From NCBI GenBank assembly GCA_013239625.1, contig MU054117.1, positions 1,180,001 through 1,244,000 on the forward strand: a DNA stretch of 64,000 nucleotides, read 5' to 3'. The position numbers were made by a program, and so were the translations under genes. Under the pieces are notes generated by a model. It had not been told where the DNA came from, made no database searches, and worked only from the letters and a program-made list of their open reading frames with translations. This stretch comes from Lama guanicoe (taxonomy: Eukaryota). Position 1 is the first letter of the stretch; every line of letters starts with the position of its first letter. Below, in pieces: positions 50,271 to 62,620 of this stretch.

Positions 50271-53200
50271 AACAAGATGACTCCAGCTTTTACATGGTAC
50301 AGAGCCCAAGTCAGGAAAAAGAGCCCAGACCATGAGCCTGAAACAGAGACCACTGTGCAGCACAGAGAAACATATATAGAACCTTGTGGTGGCTCACAGT
50401 GGAAGGGGATGTGACAATGAACGCATGCGTGTTCATGTATAACTGAAAAACTGCGCTCTACACTGGAATTTGACACAACATTGTAAAATGACTGCAACTC
50501 AAAAAAAAAAAGTTTAAAAAAATACAAGGGATAAAAAAAAAAACCCACAGAAACCACTGGCAGGGCCCCACTTAGCCGAAACTCTCCCAGTCCTGCCAAG
50601 CCCCCTAGGAACTGGAGGGCCCCTTGTTCTGTGTTAACAGCCGGCTATTAGCTCCGCATTCCCGCCAGGAGCCTCGCCATAAACCACATTTGTGACAAGG
50701 CCTCCCACCGGGAGAGGCTGTGACGCAGGGGAGGTGGGGGCCCCCTGAGATGGAAGAGCTGGTTGATAGGTCCACCTCAGGGGTGACTCCTGGGAAAGCA
50801 AATCCACCCGGACGTCACTGGACCCAGCAAGGGGAGTGGACCGGACCTGGGCTGTCCCAGGTCCAAGGGTAAAAGCAGGCGTGGACCCGCACGCCGCTCA
50901 CCAAGCGCTCTTCGGCGACAGCCCATGGCCGCGCTGCGTCCAGTCCCTGGCAGCGGGCCCAGCCGTGCAGATGGCAGGACACAGACACAGGCCCCCGCAG
51001 GCCCCTCTCTCATGCCACAGCCATTGTCACCCACGGAGGCAGGACTCATTTGTCAGGGGTTTCTCTCGGATTTCTTTCCCAGAGTTCCCAGGCTGTGGCT
51101 GTGGAGGCCGCTGCAGGTGCAAGGAACAGCTTCGCTTGCACCAGCTTGCGTCACTACTGTCGAAAGTCGTCCTGGTTTTCCCCTGGGGTGGAGCTTCCCC
51201 CCTACTTTAGGGTGGAGAAACTGCCCCTCTGCAGAGGCTTAATGACCTGCACAGGGCCACCCAGGAGGGAGTCAGGAAGACCTTCGCTTCTGGCTCCAAC
51301 CTTGGGGCTTAAAAAGGGATTAGGGCGGAGAGGGCAGGCCGGCCCCCACCCAGGGTTAGAGGCACCAGCCCTTGGCAGCAGCTCCAGGCCCCAGGCGCCG
51401 AGGAACCGACCGCCCGTCCCAGCAGGCACTTCAAAGACGGGCCTGCAGTCACCCTCCCGGCACAAATCCCCTGGGACTGAGCCGGAGCCTGAGATTCCTT
51501 GGAAGTGGTCCTGGGCTTAGAGGCGGAAGTCAGGCATCTGGCGCTGCTGGGAGGAGGAAACATTAAGGGCCTAAAATTGAGAACCGCTAAGTGGCTGGGG
51601 GCGGATAGGCACCTCCCCCGGGAGCAGACACTTCGGGAGATTTGGGGAGGAAGTGAGGCCCCCGAGGAAGGACAGGAATTTCAGTAAAACCAACCCAGCA
51701 GGGAGAGCCTCACTGGACCTCGCTATTCAGACGTTCCTTCCACCCTCCCTCTGGGAAGACAGCCGTCATGCACACAGGAAGGCCTGTGTTCTAAGCATTT
51801 CACTGTGGCCAACATGGACACGCTCCTCCCGCAAGAGAAGGGGGAAACCCCAGCTTGGGGCCCTTCCTGTTCACTGCAAAAGCAACAGGATGTGTTGCCA
51901 TTTTTCTCAGTTCTTGCCCCCAGCACAGCCCCCCCCCGACCCGGCCCTCTCATGTCTCTCTGATGGTGTGACGGGCTTGGGACGGGCAGGAATGTCAGCT
52001 TTATCTGGAAGATGTTTAGCGGCCCTTGAGGGACAAGGCAGTGTCACCCCCCTGCTCCTGCCCTGAATATGCAAAATGGGGTCACTGGAGACCCTCAAAG
52101 GCCAAGAGAAATTCTTGCAAAGGACCCCGAAGATTTACTCTGCGGTCAGGATGTCAGATCCTAGATATTTCACTTAAAAAAAAGGATCAGGCTGTAAAAC
52201 AGTAATCCAGGGAACGTCCATTCCCTGCCAGCACCGAGGCACTGTCTGTGAGGGTGTGAGGGCTGGGAGGTGGCGGGTTGGGGGCGCCTGCTCCCTGGCG
52301 AGGGTAAGAAACAGAGGGACAGAATTCTGCACCTGGAGCAGACGGAGGCTGGGGAAGACAAGGGGCTGTGAGGAGGTGCAGGGACAGGGAAGACTCAGAG
52401 GGGTGCAGGGAGGACCGGCCAGATAAGGGCTGGAAAAAGCAAACAGACAAGGGCGGCGCCATGAGGAGCCAGCAGAAGTGGGGTCAAGATGGGGCTGACC
52501 TGGCCCCTCCCCGAGAATGCCCAGTCCCCTCCGCGTCTGCCACGGTGCCCCCAGGACAGCAGAGACAGGCAAGCCCCCTGAATTTGACCTCTTGAAAGCA
52601 GGCCTCCCGGACTTGTCTCTGCACAGTCAGGTGCGCCCACCCCTGTGGAACGCACAGCAGGGGTCCGACAGCACCCCTGTCCTCGGGGACTGCAGCCATG
52701 GGGGGGACGATGCCTCAGAGGAAGTCTAAAACACCGCACTGCACGTGAGACGCAGAGAAACCATGGCCACAGGGGACAGGAAAGACCTCAGGAGCGGGTG
52801 GTATTTGAACTGAGATCTTGAAAAATAGGTGGGATTTGGGCATCCTGGAAATAAAATGGAGACTTCAACCCCTTTTTTTAAAAAACAGTCTCTTTCATGG
52901 TTACACACCCAGCCTGGCAGACAGAAGGAGGAAGTCCTGGGAGACTGAGGCGCCTCCACCGACACCCCAAGAGCGGAAGGTGATCCGAGGGCTCTGGGCT
53001 CTCTGCCTTGTTTACACACGAAGCCACAGATCAGAGCCACAGCCTGTACTCCCGACACCACTGCAGACGATTCCCACGGCTGGCCAGACAAAACCAGCCT
53101 CTGACGGCGGCTCTGGAAGGAAGACGCTGGCACTGCCTGATTCTAATTTCGACTCTGTCACCCTGGTGATGGCGCTAAGTTTACACGCGGGCACCACGTT

Positions 53201-53378
53201 TTGCCAGCACCACAGGGTCCCCAGTCAGAGAAAAGGCATTTCTAGCTCCCTTTGTTTGCTGTGTGTTCCCACAAAACATGGGTTAAATTTTCTAAAAATA
53301 ATATATAAACACTTTTTTAAAAAGTGTATCTATATCCTGTTACTAAATCACCAATGAACCGTTAAATTTCTGAATTTA

Positions 53379-53497
53379 AACAAAAAGAAACTAAACGAAC
53401 AACAAAAAAAAGAAAATTAAAAAATAAAAAAGGAGAAATGAACAAAAACAAAAAAACAAAGAAATAAAAAGAATTTAAAAAAAAAGAAAGCAAAAGA
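53379..53497 (+). repeat. A-rich tract flanked by a 15-bp direct repeat
   Basis: aaatttctgaattta at 53364-53378 and 53498-53512. Confidence 0.85.
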
Positions 53498-54282
53498 AAA
53501 TTTCTGAATTTACTTTTTTTCCTCCAGGAACGGCTTTTCCGGTTTTTGAGTTAGCTCATCTTTGGCTTCACCACAGAATCTTGCTGGGGCCCAAGCCCGG
53601 CTTGACGCAGCTCTGAGTGTGAACGGCACGCTCCCAGAGGAGGGCTGTGTGGTTTCCTGAGAAGTGTGTGGACTGTGCCAGGAGGGCCTCCGGCCACCCA
53701 GCTCTCAGGCCTCAGACCTCTCCAGGGAGCCCTGGACGCACATGTGCACTGGAGACCTGAACAGCCAAGGCAGAGCATCCCACGGTGTGAGCCCTCTGCT
53801 CCGGGGCCAGAGGCAGACTCTGCTGAGCAGCCTGGGAGAGAGGGCAGGCCGCCTGCTCAGAGGGGGCCTCCCGAGCAAGGCGCCGGTGGAGACGGCACCA
53901 GCTCTCCAGCACACGTGCAGGGAGCCCGGAGCCCCTGCCCAGGCGAGAAACACAGCTCCCCCCAAAACCACACTTCAGTTTCCACCGAACTGGAGGCTCA
54001 GAAGACCGTGGCATCTTACATGAGATTGGTCGGACTGAGCCTTCAAAGTATGGGCACTTTCCACACTTCTGCTCATGCTTAAAGCCTGGGGGTGCATTTG
54101 CCACCAAGACCGACGCAGGCTTCTGGGGACGGGTGAGAGCAGCTCTCAGAGGTCAGCTCCCCCCTAGACTAGGTCTGGGGGCCTTAAGCTCCCAGTCGCC
54201 CCAGCTTCAAATCACAAAGGAAGGGGAATCAAGACAAGAACGCCTCTTCATGTGCCTGGGACTGATGACAAGTCGGCACCTG

Positions 54283-54418
54283 GCGGGGAGGGTAGAGCTC
54301 TGTGGTAGAGCATGTGCTCAGCATGCACGAGGTCCTGGGTTCAATCCCCAGTGCCTCCTCTAAAAATAAATAAGTAAACCTAATTACCTCCCCCCGGTAA
54401 ATTAAAAAAAAAAAAAAA
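54283..54418 (+). mobile_element. tRNA-Ala-derived SINE (WNT5B intron)
   Basis: Family body; poly(A); imperfect TSD aagtcggcacct / aagactgcacct. Confidence 0.87.
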
Positions 54419-54727
54419 AGACTGCACCTAAATCCTACAGGGACAGACGGAAAAGTAAACGAGGTGAAGACAGTGACAGCTGTGTGTGCCCTTTGGGAAA
54501 TGGAACCTTTTGGAATCAGGGTCCCCGTCAGCAGCCTGGGTGAGAATCTCTGTGGTGGGACCCACTGCCTTCCTGGACCCCACCCCAGTCGCTGTGCAGC
54601 CCCAGCCCAGGAACAGCCAATGGGCCAGGTGTGCGTGTGTGGTGGGGGAGGGAGGCAGAGGCTGCCATCCGGGTGTGTGTGTGGGGGCAGGGTCTGCCAT
54701 GCAGGTGTGTTGGGGGGGTCCGCTTAC

Positions 54728-55020
54728 CCTTCGGCCCGCCTCGTTGTTCTGCAGGTTCATGAGCACGCGGCCCTGCTCCTCCGACCCCTTGGCGAAGTTC
54801 TTCTCCCGCTCGCGGGCGTCCACGAACTCCTTGGCGAAGCGGTAGCCGTACTCCACGTTGTCCCCGCAGCCCCCCCACAGCCAGTCCCGGGGCAGGTCCT
54901 TGGGCCGCGCCGTCCGGCTGCAGCCGCACGTGGACAGCTCACCCTCGCGGCAGGCCCGGCTGATGGCGTTGACCACCCCGGCCGCGCTCACGGCGTAGGT
55001 GAAGGCGGTCTCCCGGCTCC
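54728..55020 (-). CDS. WNT5B: Wnt-5b coding exon 3 ([10 protein letters not shown]...NNEAGRR)
   Basis: Acceptor gtccgcag|GG and donor AGG|GTAAGC; 293 nt; motifs WLWGGCGDN and [11 protein letters not shown], where the Q fits WNT5B (WNT5A has MNLHNN). Confidence 0.98.
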
Positions 55021-55674
55021 CTGCGGACAAGGAGACAGGCTGCAGGCCCTTCCCTCCTGCTGTGCCCGGGGGGCCTGGCGCTGCCGTGGCCTGAAGACCG
55101 CCAGGGAGGGGGCGATGCCAGGAGGGAGCACCTTTCACCTCCATGGGAGGCTCTCCTGGTTACAATCTGCCCTGGACCAGGAGCCCCTCCAGCCCTGACC
55201 TGTTGCAGCATTCATTCCGGAGAAGTTTACACACCAGTGGCTTCCTGGGGGGCAGACCTGAGCAGACGGGGGGTGGGCTTAACACACTTCTGGGACGGGT
55301 GGGACGGACAGAACGAGACAGGAGAAACAGGCCCAACAGTGCGATCTGTCCCGGCAAACACTTCTCCCTCGCAGACGCCAGGTCCTCACCCTCCGTGAGT
55401 CACACGCCTGTCCTTTGTACGGCTGTCATGACCTAGCTTGCCGGCGGCGGAGACCAGGAGTGGAAATGAACTAGAATTAGGACTTCCGGAATCGTCCGAG
55501 CCCTCTCCCTCTTCCGTGGTCCACACAGCCTCAAACGCCACAGCCCTGGGGAGCCAAGTCCACGGGACGGTCGGCACGGTCTCTCTACACATCCAGATCG
55601 TTTACTTCCAGTGGAAAATCCAAACTGTGCACTTCTCTGTCGCCGTGGCGAACCACATAAAAACTCACAATCAG

Positions 55675-55840
55675 TGGGGAGGGTGTAGCTCACGTGGTAG
55701 AGCGCATGCTTAGCATGGAGAGGTCCTGGGTTCAACGCCCAGTACCTCCTCTAAAAATGAAGAAGCAAATAAACCTAATCACACCCCCCAAAAAACCTAA
55801 ATAAACAAATAAATCACTCTTCCAAAAACATAAAAAAAAA
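55675..55840 (+). mobile_element. tRNA-Ala-derived SINE (WNT5B intron)
   Basis: gggtgtagctcacgtggtagagcgcatgcttagcatggagaggtcctgggttc; flanked by aaaactcaca / aacccactcaca. Confidence 0.87.
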
Positions 55841-55899
55841 CCCACTCACATGATAGAACTTCTACTTCAATAAAAACTTTCATAAAAAGTAATACTCAA

Positions 55900-56780
55900 A
55901 AAAAAAAAACCTCAGCCACCAGGGAAATGCAAATCAAAATCACGAGACGCTATGAAAAAGAACATGAAAATGAACATACGGCTGTGCACGTACGACTGAA
56001 GCATGATGCTGCGCACCAGCAGCTGACACAGCACTGTAAACTGACTGCACCGCGATTACAAAAGAACCACGAGACACCACACCCACAGGGTGGCTCGAAT
56101 CAAAGAGGCAACGGGTGACGAGCTGATGAGAGCACGGAAGACCGGAGCCCTCCGGTGCTGCCGGTGGCAACGCTGAGCGGGGCGGCTGCTTTGGAAGAGT
56201 CTGGCAGCCCCTCAGAAGGTTAAACATAGAATTACCAGCAATTCTACTCCCAAGAATATATCCAAGATAAGCAAAAACATATGTCCACACAAAAACTTGT
56301 CCGTGAACGTTCACTGCAGCATCATTCGTAACAGCCCCCAAGTGAAAACAAGCCGGACTGCCCACCAGCAGGCGAACAGGCACCCGAGAGGCGGCAGTGC
56401 CCGTGCAGTGGGACGTCATTCAGCCCGAAGGGTCCTGCGGTGCTGGGACGTGCATGACGTGGGTGACCCTGGAGTTACTGTGCTAAGTGACCACTCTGCA
56501 CTTCGTACTGAACGGGCCACATGCTGTACGATCCCATTTATATGAAGTGTCCACAACAGGAAGATTCGTAGGGACAGAAAGGTGAGTGGTTGCCTCGGGC
56601 TCAGGAGGAGGGGGGAGAGACGGAGAGTGCCCACGAAGGGTATGCAGTTTCTTTGTAGGGCTGCGAAAGCGTGCTAGAATGAGAGAGCGGTGTCGCAGTC
56701 CTGTGAGTACACACGGAGCCGGGCCCTTCAGGGTGCTGAGCTGTGTGGCCTGTGAGTTACAGCCCGTAAAGCTGTAAGTG
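55900..56780 (+). mobile_element. Old L1 3' region, GC-shifted, with a nested L1 tail at about 55950-56060
   Basis: agggaaatgcaaatcaaaa; gttaaacatagaattacc; tatgtccacacaaaaacttgt. Confidence 0.8.
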
Positions 56781-59495
56781 CTCAGATGGACTCGAGTACA
56801 GGGGAGGGGCCCTCAGCAGGGAACTGAGATTCAGTCCTGATCTCAGCGGTTAGACCAGGCAGAACCTCTGTCCCCACCTCCCCCTCTTCCGAGCCTGCAC
56901 GGCCCGAGGTGGACACTCCACGGTCTGCAGTCACGGATGGGTCTAGGACGACCTCCCACCTGGCCCCACTGCTTGACTGTCTAGGTGCCACACAGCAAAG
57001 TTTGCAGCCAGAACAGACTGGCAGGTCAGCTTTTCTCCGTGAACCAGGGGTCAGCTTCTGGCAGGACGTGGAGGGGGAACAGCACGAGAGCAAGCGGGTG
57101 GTGCAGGAAGTCACGCTCAGGATCGAGCCATCGGGACTGACGCCTGCGCCAGTGTGAGCCATGTCCAGAGTCGGGTCCAGGGAGTCAGACGGGGGTACGA
57201 CGGCCAAGGGGTCTTAGGGAGGAGGGCCCGGCCCCTCTTTGAGGGAGATATGCCTGAGAAGCCATCCCACAGTGGGGCCTCAACACCCCGACCTGGCATC
57301 CTGGGCAGGCAGGAGCCTCTGAGGCTGGGCCCACACCCACTTTCCAACCGCGGTGAGAGCTGCTTTTACAGCATCCCCAAGGCCACCCACTCCATCTCTT
57401 CTAAACGGCTCTAATCAGCAGAATGTTCTTTCTTAGAGTAAGCTGAAACACGCCTCTCTGTAAGCTCCCCCTGCCAGAGCGAGTCCCCCCACTTGACAGC
57501 CTGCAGCGTTCGAGAACAGCCAACATGCCTCTGCTGCTTCCCCCTTTCCGAGCTGCTCACGTCTGACTCCTTCCACTGCCCTTCAGCAAGCCTGCTCCTC
57601 CGAGCGGAGTCACCGCTCTCGGAACTGCCTTTTAAAAAAAACGTTCCCGCAGCACTGGGCGTGATACTGCTCACCCTCTGGCTCTGAGGGTCCCAGGGCC
57701 GTGGGGCTGGACCCCAGTGGGTCCTGGGGGAAGCGGGGCCACTCCATCTGCCTCCTTGGGTGGGGGGCATCCTCAGCCCCCAGGGCAGGCAGCTCTGCCT
57801 TCCTGTGGCAGCTCGTGTGTCTCTGGGGACAGAGGGACAGACCTCATGCTGCTCCCAGCAAGCAGGAGGGAACTGGGGCTTCCGAATGGATAAGCAGCAT
57901 GGGGGCATCTCTGTATGTGAACCAATCCGGAGAGGAGAAAGGCTAATAAAGCAAGCAGCCACGGGGCCACTGAGAGATCTTGCGTCTTCCCCGACAAGGA
58001 GACCGCAGGACAGCATCACGCCCTCTGTTCCACGGCGGCCCAGCCACCAGGTACGTGCCTTCCGCCTCCGGGGCCACCAGGTGAGGGGCCTACCGCGCTC
58101 TGGGCCGCTCTGCTGCCCCCTGGTGGGGGATGCCTGCGGTGGCTCAAAGCGGGGAGGAGTCTTCCACTACGATGGGACTCCAGCGCCCCAGCGGGAGGTG
58201 GAAGGACAGCTTCCTGTGCAGCACCGGCCTGCGCAGAAGCCGCAAAAGGGGGCAGTGCACAGAAGGCAAGCCGAAGGGCTCCCCTGCTAACAGAACAGGG
58301 CACGGAGACACACCCCACCATGCAAACCTGCACCCCGTGTTTCTGCTCCTGACATCCCTCCTGCCCTAGAGTTCACCCCACTGCTTGGCCTTCACAGCAA
58401 GATAACACGTGAGGAGGATGTGGCCGACGTCTGGCAGACACTCGGTCCCAAGGAAAGGGCTCGGCGGCTGCCTCACTCCACACCGGGGCCACCCAAGGTC
58501 CCTCCCCGAAGACGCAGCAGGAAGAGCTGCTGACCAGGACTCCTCCCGGGGAGGGGGGCAGATGCCGCGTATTTGGGAAGGGCTGATGAATTCTGAGAGT
58601 CCCTCTGGGGCCCCAAGCCCATCGTTGTGGGACAGGCGCCCAGTCGCACTGTTGCAGGAACTCGACAGCCTTCCTTTCACCGGCCTTGAGTTGATGCTGA
58701 AGGAAGACGAGAGAAGCCGGGTCCGAGTGTACCTTCCTGGGACCTTCCTTCCCAGCGTGGGGCAGGAGGGGGGGGCCTCCACACCAGGGGAGCAGAACCC
58801 TAGCTCCCCTGCTCCCTGCTGCTGGACCCACTCTTCGGGCAGAGCTCAGCCCCAGGGGACTCCAGAATGCCGCCTTTTGGGAGGGAGCTGTCCTGGGAGA
58901 ACGTGAGCCCGGGAGGGACGGGTCGCTGGGTTCTAACACCTTCCTTTTATGGCCCTGGGACAAGACCCCTGTCAAATAGGCCCGGATTTCTCAATTTCTT
59001 GCCAGAGAGGGGAGGATTGCATTTCAAAAGGACCCAAAACAATTAGACCCCAGCTCACACCTCCATGGAAGCAACAGGGTAGCCGAAGGAAGAATCCTCT
59101 CGCCGCTTTCAAATGAAAAGGCCGGGACTGGATCTGGGACTGGATCTGGGTCGGGTTAATGACACCACCACCACCAATTTGGCCCGAAGTTTCTATCTCT
59201 CTCAGGGTCCAGGTAGAAGAGGCAAAAATCTGGGGACACTCAGGGCTATGATTTTCAGTTCTCTGCCCACAGCCCAGGAGGAGGCCCCAGTGCTGAGACC
59301 GGGGGCAGTGGTTGGTGTGGTGGGCCTCCGAATCCACCCTAACTTGACTCGGACCCTGTCCCCTGCCCAGAGAGAGCACAGGCGGGCAGGGAAGCCGGGG
59401 CCAGCGTGCTATTTGAGCTGCCCCTCCTTGCACACCTGCCCCTGTCCCCGGAGCGCTGGGGACCCAGCCCAGGAGAGCATAGTGGCTCGGCTTAC

Positions 59496-59743
59496 CTATC
59501 TGCATGACCCTCCCGAAGACGGAGGTGTTGTCCACGGTGCTGCAGTTCCACCGCCGCTGCCGGAACTGGTGCTGGCACTCCCGGATGCCCGTCTTGGCCC
59601 CCTCCCCGATGTAGGCCATGTGCTCCTGGTACAGCTGGCACAGCTTCCTCTGGCCAGGGGAGAGCCCCGGCAGCTGGCTGCACACCGGCTGGGCACCGAT
59701 GATGAACATCTCAGGTCTCTGCACCGGGTTCATGGCCAAGGAC
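59496..59743 (-). CDS. WNT5B: Wnt-5b coding exon 2 ([22 protein letters not shown]...FGRVMQI-G)
   Basis: Acceptor actgcag|G and donor ATAG|GTAAG; 248 nt; Wnt motifs CQLYQEHM and [14 protein letters not shown]. Confidence 0.98.
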
Positions 59744-60649
59744 CTGCAGTGGCGACGCAGAGAAGGCACAGAAGGGCCAGGAATGAGCACAGCCCGTGGG
59801 CAGCAGCAGGTCGCTCAGCAAGGTCACGGGGGCGCTCTCCACATGCAGGCCCTGAACACAGAGTCCCTGACTTCAGAGGGAAACTGAGGCATGAACACAG
59901 ATGACACCAGAGATGTGGAGCAGGGAGACAGAACTGAGCATCTGGGACCAGCCAGGGGAGAGCGCTCAGAGCTGGGAGAGGCTTCCAGAAGGAGAAGCCA
60001 GAGTGGGGCTGGGCCTGCGGGGTGGGCGCGGGCGGGCGAAGCCACACCTCTGCAGGAGAACCAGCGGCTTCCCGGAGGAGGAGTGACCAGAGCAGGACTG
60101 GAGAGCAATAAATTCCTCTGAAGAGAGCTCCCCTGATGCCTCGAAAACCGAGGCCCATTTACATACACGACAGCATATTCTAAAATTGTCACTTCCCCGT
60201 CCCCGCTGGCCCCTGACCTGACCCCACTGTGGCAGTCAGGGCTCTCCCTTCGCCTCCCCCACCCACCAGGCAGAATCAAGTGTGAAGCTGGAGGTGGCTG
60301 CAGATTTGTCATCTGAACAAAAAAATGGGAGCAGAGCACAGACCACGCCCAGCGGGGCTTGGGGGGCAGTGGGGCACATGCCTGGCAATGACGGCAGCCT
60401 CAGAAAGACAAAGAAAAGCCACGCGTGGTCCGCAAACCCCTCATCTGGTCCTCAGGCTCGTAAACCAGGAATTCTCGCCCCCACCGCCAACAACAAAAAA
60501 TCAATACCCTATTGATCCAACAGCAACAGAAGAGCCATTTCTAACAACCCCCAGAGACGGAGGGAGGGCCACAGAAAGGGGCCGTGGACAGGATCGGAGA
60601 AAAGACCAAATGCCCGTCGGGGGGCCTCTGCATAACTCGGGGGGCTTGG

Positions 60650-62620
60650 GTGCGGAACAGAGCTGTCCCGGGCCTCCCGGGCTGCTGGTAGAGGACCCTT
60701 CTCCGCCCTCCCACCCGCCTGGCAGGCGCGGCCCGCACTCACCACCAGGAGCCAGCTTCGGTCGGAAGCGGAGCCCAGCTGGCGAGCAGGGCAGCGGTGA
60801 GCAGGGCCAGCAGGCTGGGCATGGTCCACCTCTGCCCTCCCCAGGGCCCGGGGGAGACCCCGGGACTGACGGCTTCCGAGACGGGGCTCCCTGGAGAGGA
60901 CAGACACAAGGGAGAGTCAGGGTGGGGGCACCGGGAGAGCCGGCTCCCCGGGAAGGCCAGCCTGTCTCCAACCTCCCCTCCTCCCTCCCTTCCTCGCCCC
61001 AACCTGGGGCCCCTGCTCAGACCCACTGCCAAAAGGAACAGGGAGCGGAGGGACCAGAAGAGGGAGGACACGAGTCCTTCGGCGGGCACAGTGTGGCCCG
61101 GGCAGCGCTCCGGGAGATGCTCTGGCTGCTGCCACGCACACCGCCCTCCTTCCAGAAGGCCCGCCCGCCCCTCTCAGGGGTGTACCTGTCTGACCGTCCT
61201 CGCCCACGTGGCGCTAAAAACTACCGGCAAGTTGGTTTACAGGCTTCCCTCTCAATCTGCACCCTTCTCGCTCGAGACGCCTTCTCCCAGCCCCAGCCCA
61301 CGTTCCCCAGGAGTGACAGCAGGAGACGGCGAGGACTGGTCACCTTCTCAAGGCCCCCCCTCTGAGAAACGCGAAGGCCGCCCCCAGAGCTAGGCCGGCG
61401 GGGCCCTCTCTGCGCCCTCCAGGGCCCCCGGCAGCGGTGGGCCCGCCACCCTCGAACCAGGCCGGCTGTGCCCAGGACAGCTTTCCCAGGGCCCTTGAAG
61501 GCCCGGTCTTCAAGGAGTGAGTCCCTGGAAGCGCGCCCCCTGCCCCCTGGGCCCCCCGCCAGGGCACGACCCGCACCCCAGAGCCCCTTCTTCCCGCGGC
61601 CCCTCGGCACCCCAACCTTCCCGGAACACGGGCTCCACGCTCCAAGAGCCCCCAGCTCACCGCGCAGTGCAGGGTCTCCTGGCTCTCCGGGAGGGGCGGC
61701 CAGAGCTCCGGGGCATCAGCCCAGATGTCGCGGTCCCGGGGCCACCAGGGGAGGAAGGTGGCCGAGCAGGGCCAGGGGAGCTGGGCCACCGTTGTCCCCA
61801 CCCCCTCTGGCTTTTCTTCGGGAGGGAGGTCTCGGTGGGGGCGGGGGCACTAGCAGGCAGGTGTGTGGGGCCGGCAGGGGGCAGATCAAAGGGGGACTCA
61901 CTCCTGCCCCTTTGTCATGCAGAGCCCGCTCGGAAATGAGCCGCCTCGCCGCCGACAACAGCTCCCACACCCTGCTCTCCCAACAGACCTCTTCTCCTCT
62001 AAGGAGGCCCCCACCCCCATAAATCCTCCCCGTCCCTCGGGGCAGGAGGTCTGTGAATGCACCGACTAGGACCAGAGATGGGGCAGAGATAGGGCTGGCA
62101 CCAGAAGCTAATGGCTTTATGGAGGGGAGGGGGCCAGGGCCAGAGCCGGGAGGACACGAGAAAAGCTTCAAAGACTTTCCTTGTCCAAACATCCTCAACT
62201 CCACGACCAGCCCTTCTTGGGGACCGAAGGGGCCGAGCCACCCTCCTCCCTTGGTCTTCTCCCTCCCACACTCGCTCCCCAACAGGCCGGCCCCCACCAC
62301 CCGGCCTCCCGCACCCCCCCTCCCGCCAAGTGGGTCCTAGTGTCTCCCGCCAGCGGACCGAGTTCTCTCTCCCAGGGGTCAGGCTTCTGATCCCTGTGAG
62401 TCCCCCCCACCCCGACCCCGGCGTCTCTCGCCTGTGTCCCACCGTCTCATCAGGCTCTGTGAATCCCAGGTTCACCCGAGGCCACGCTGGGGACAGGAGT
62501 CACCACAGGGGATGGGCTGACAGAGCTGAGGCCAAACCTGCCCAGAGCCGCTAATCCGGCCCTCGTAAACATGAGCGGAGGCGGGCGTCTCCCCGGCAGA
62601 TGTCCCCACCGCCGGGTGCT
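60650..62620 (-). promoter_or_regulatory. WNT5B: GC/CpG-rich promoter and 5' UTR region of WNT5B (candidate non-coding first exons)
   Basis: CpG-rich and directly upstream of the ATG exon. Candidate minus-strand donors at 61660 (G|GTGAGC) and 61901 (A|GTGAGT); 62432-62560 resembles my recollection of a human WNT5B first exon. Confidence 0.6.
60743..60822 (-). CDS. WNT5B: Wnt-5b, first coding exon (signal peptide MPSLLALLTAALLASWAPLPTEAGSW)
   Basis: ATG at 60822 in GGACC-ATG context; hydrophobic signal peptide matching the WNT5B N-terminus; donor TG|GTGAGT at 60742; 80 nt, phase 2. The exon's acceptor (tcctctccag|) places its 5' end at 60890, giving 68 nt of UTR. Confidence 0.96.

Noticed and set aside
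48508..50414. 237-aa and 260-aa + strand ORFs opposite the WNT5B 3' UTR and last exon
   Set aside because: Stop-poor GC-rich or antisense frames; one runs into SINE/L1 sequence; no homology recognised.
59113..61365. 263-aa and 346-aa + strand ORFs over WNT5B exons
   Set aside because: Low-complexity G/P/R-rich products expected by chance at this GC content.
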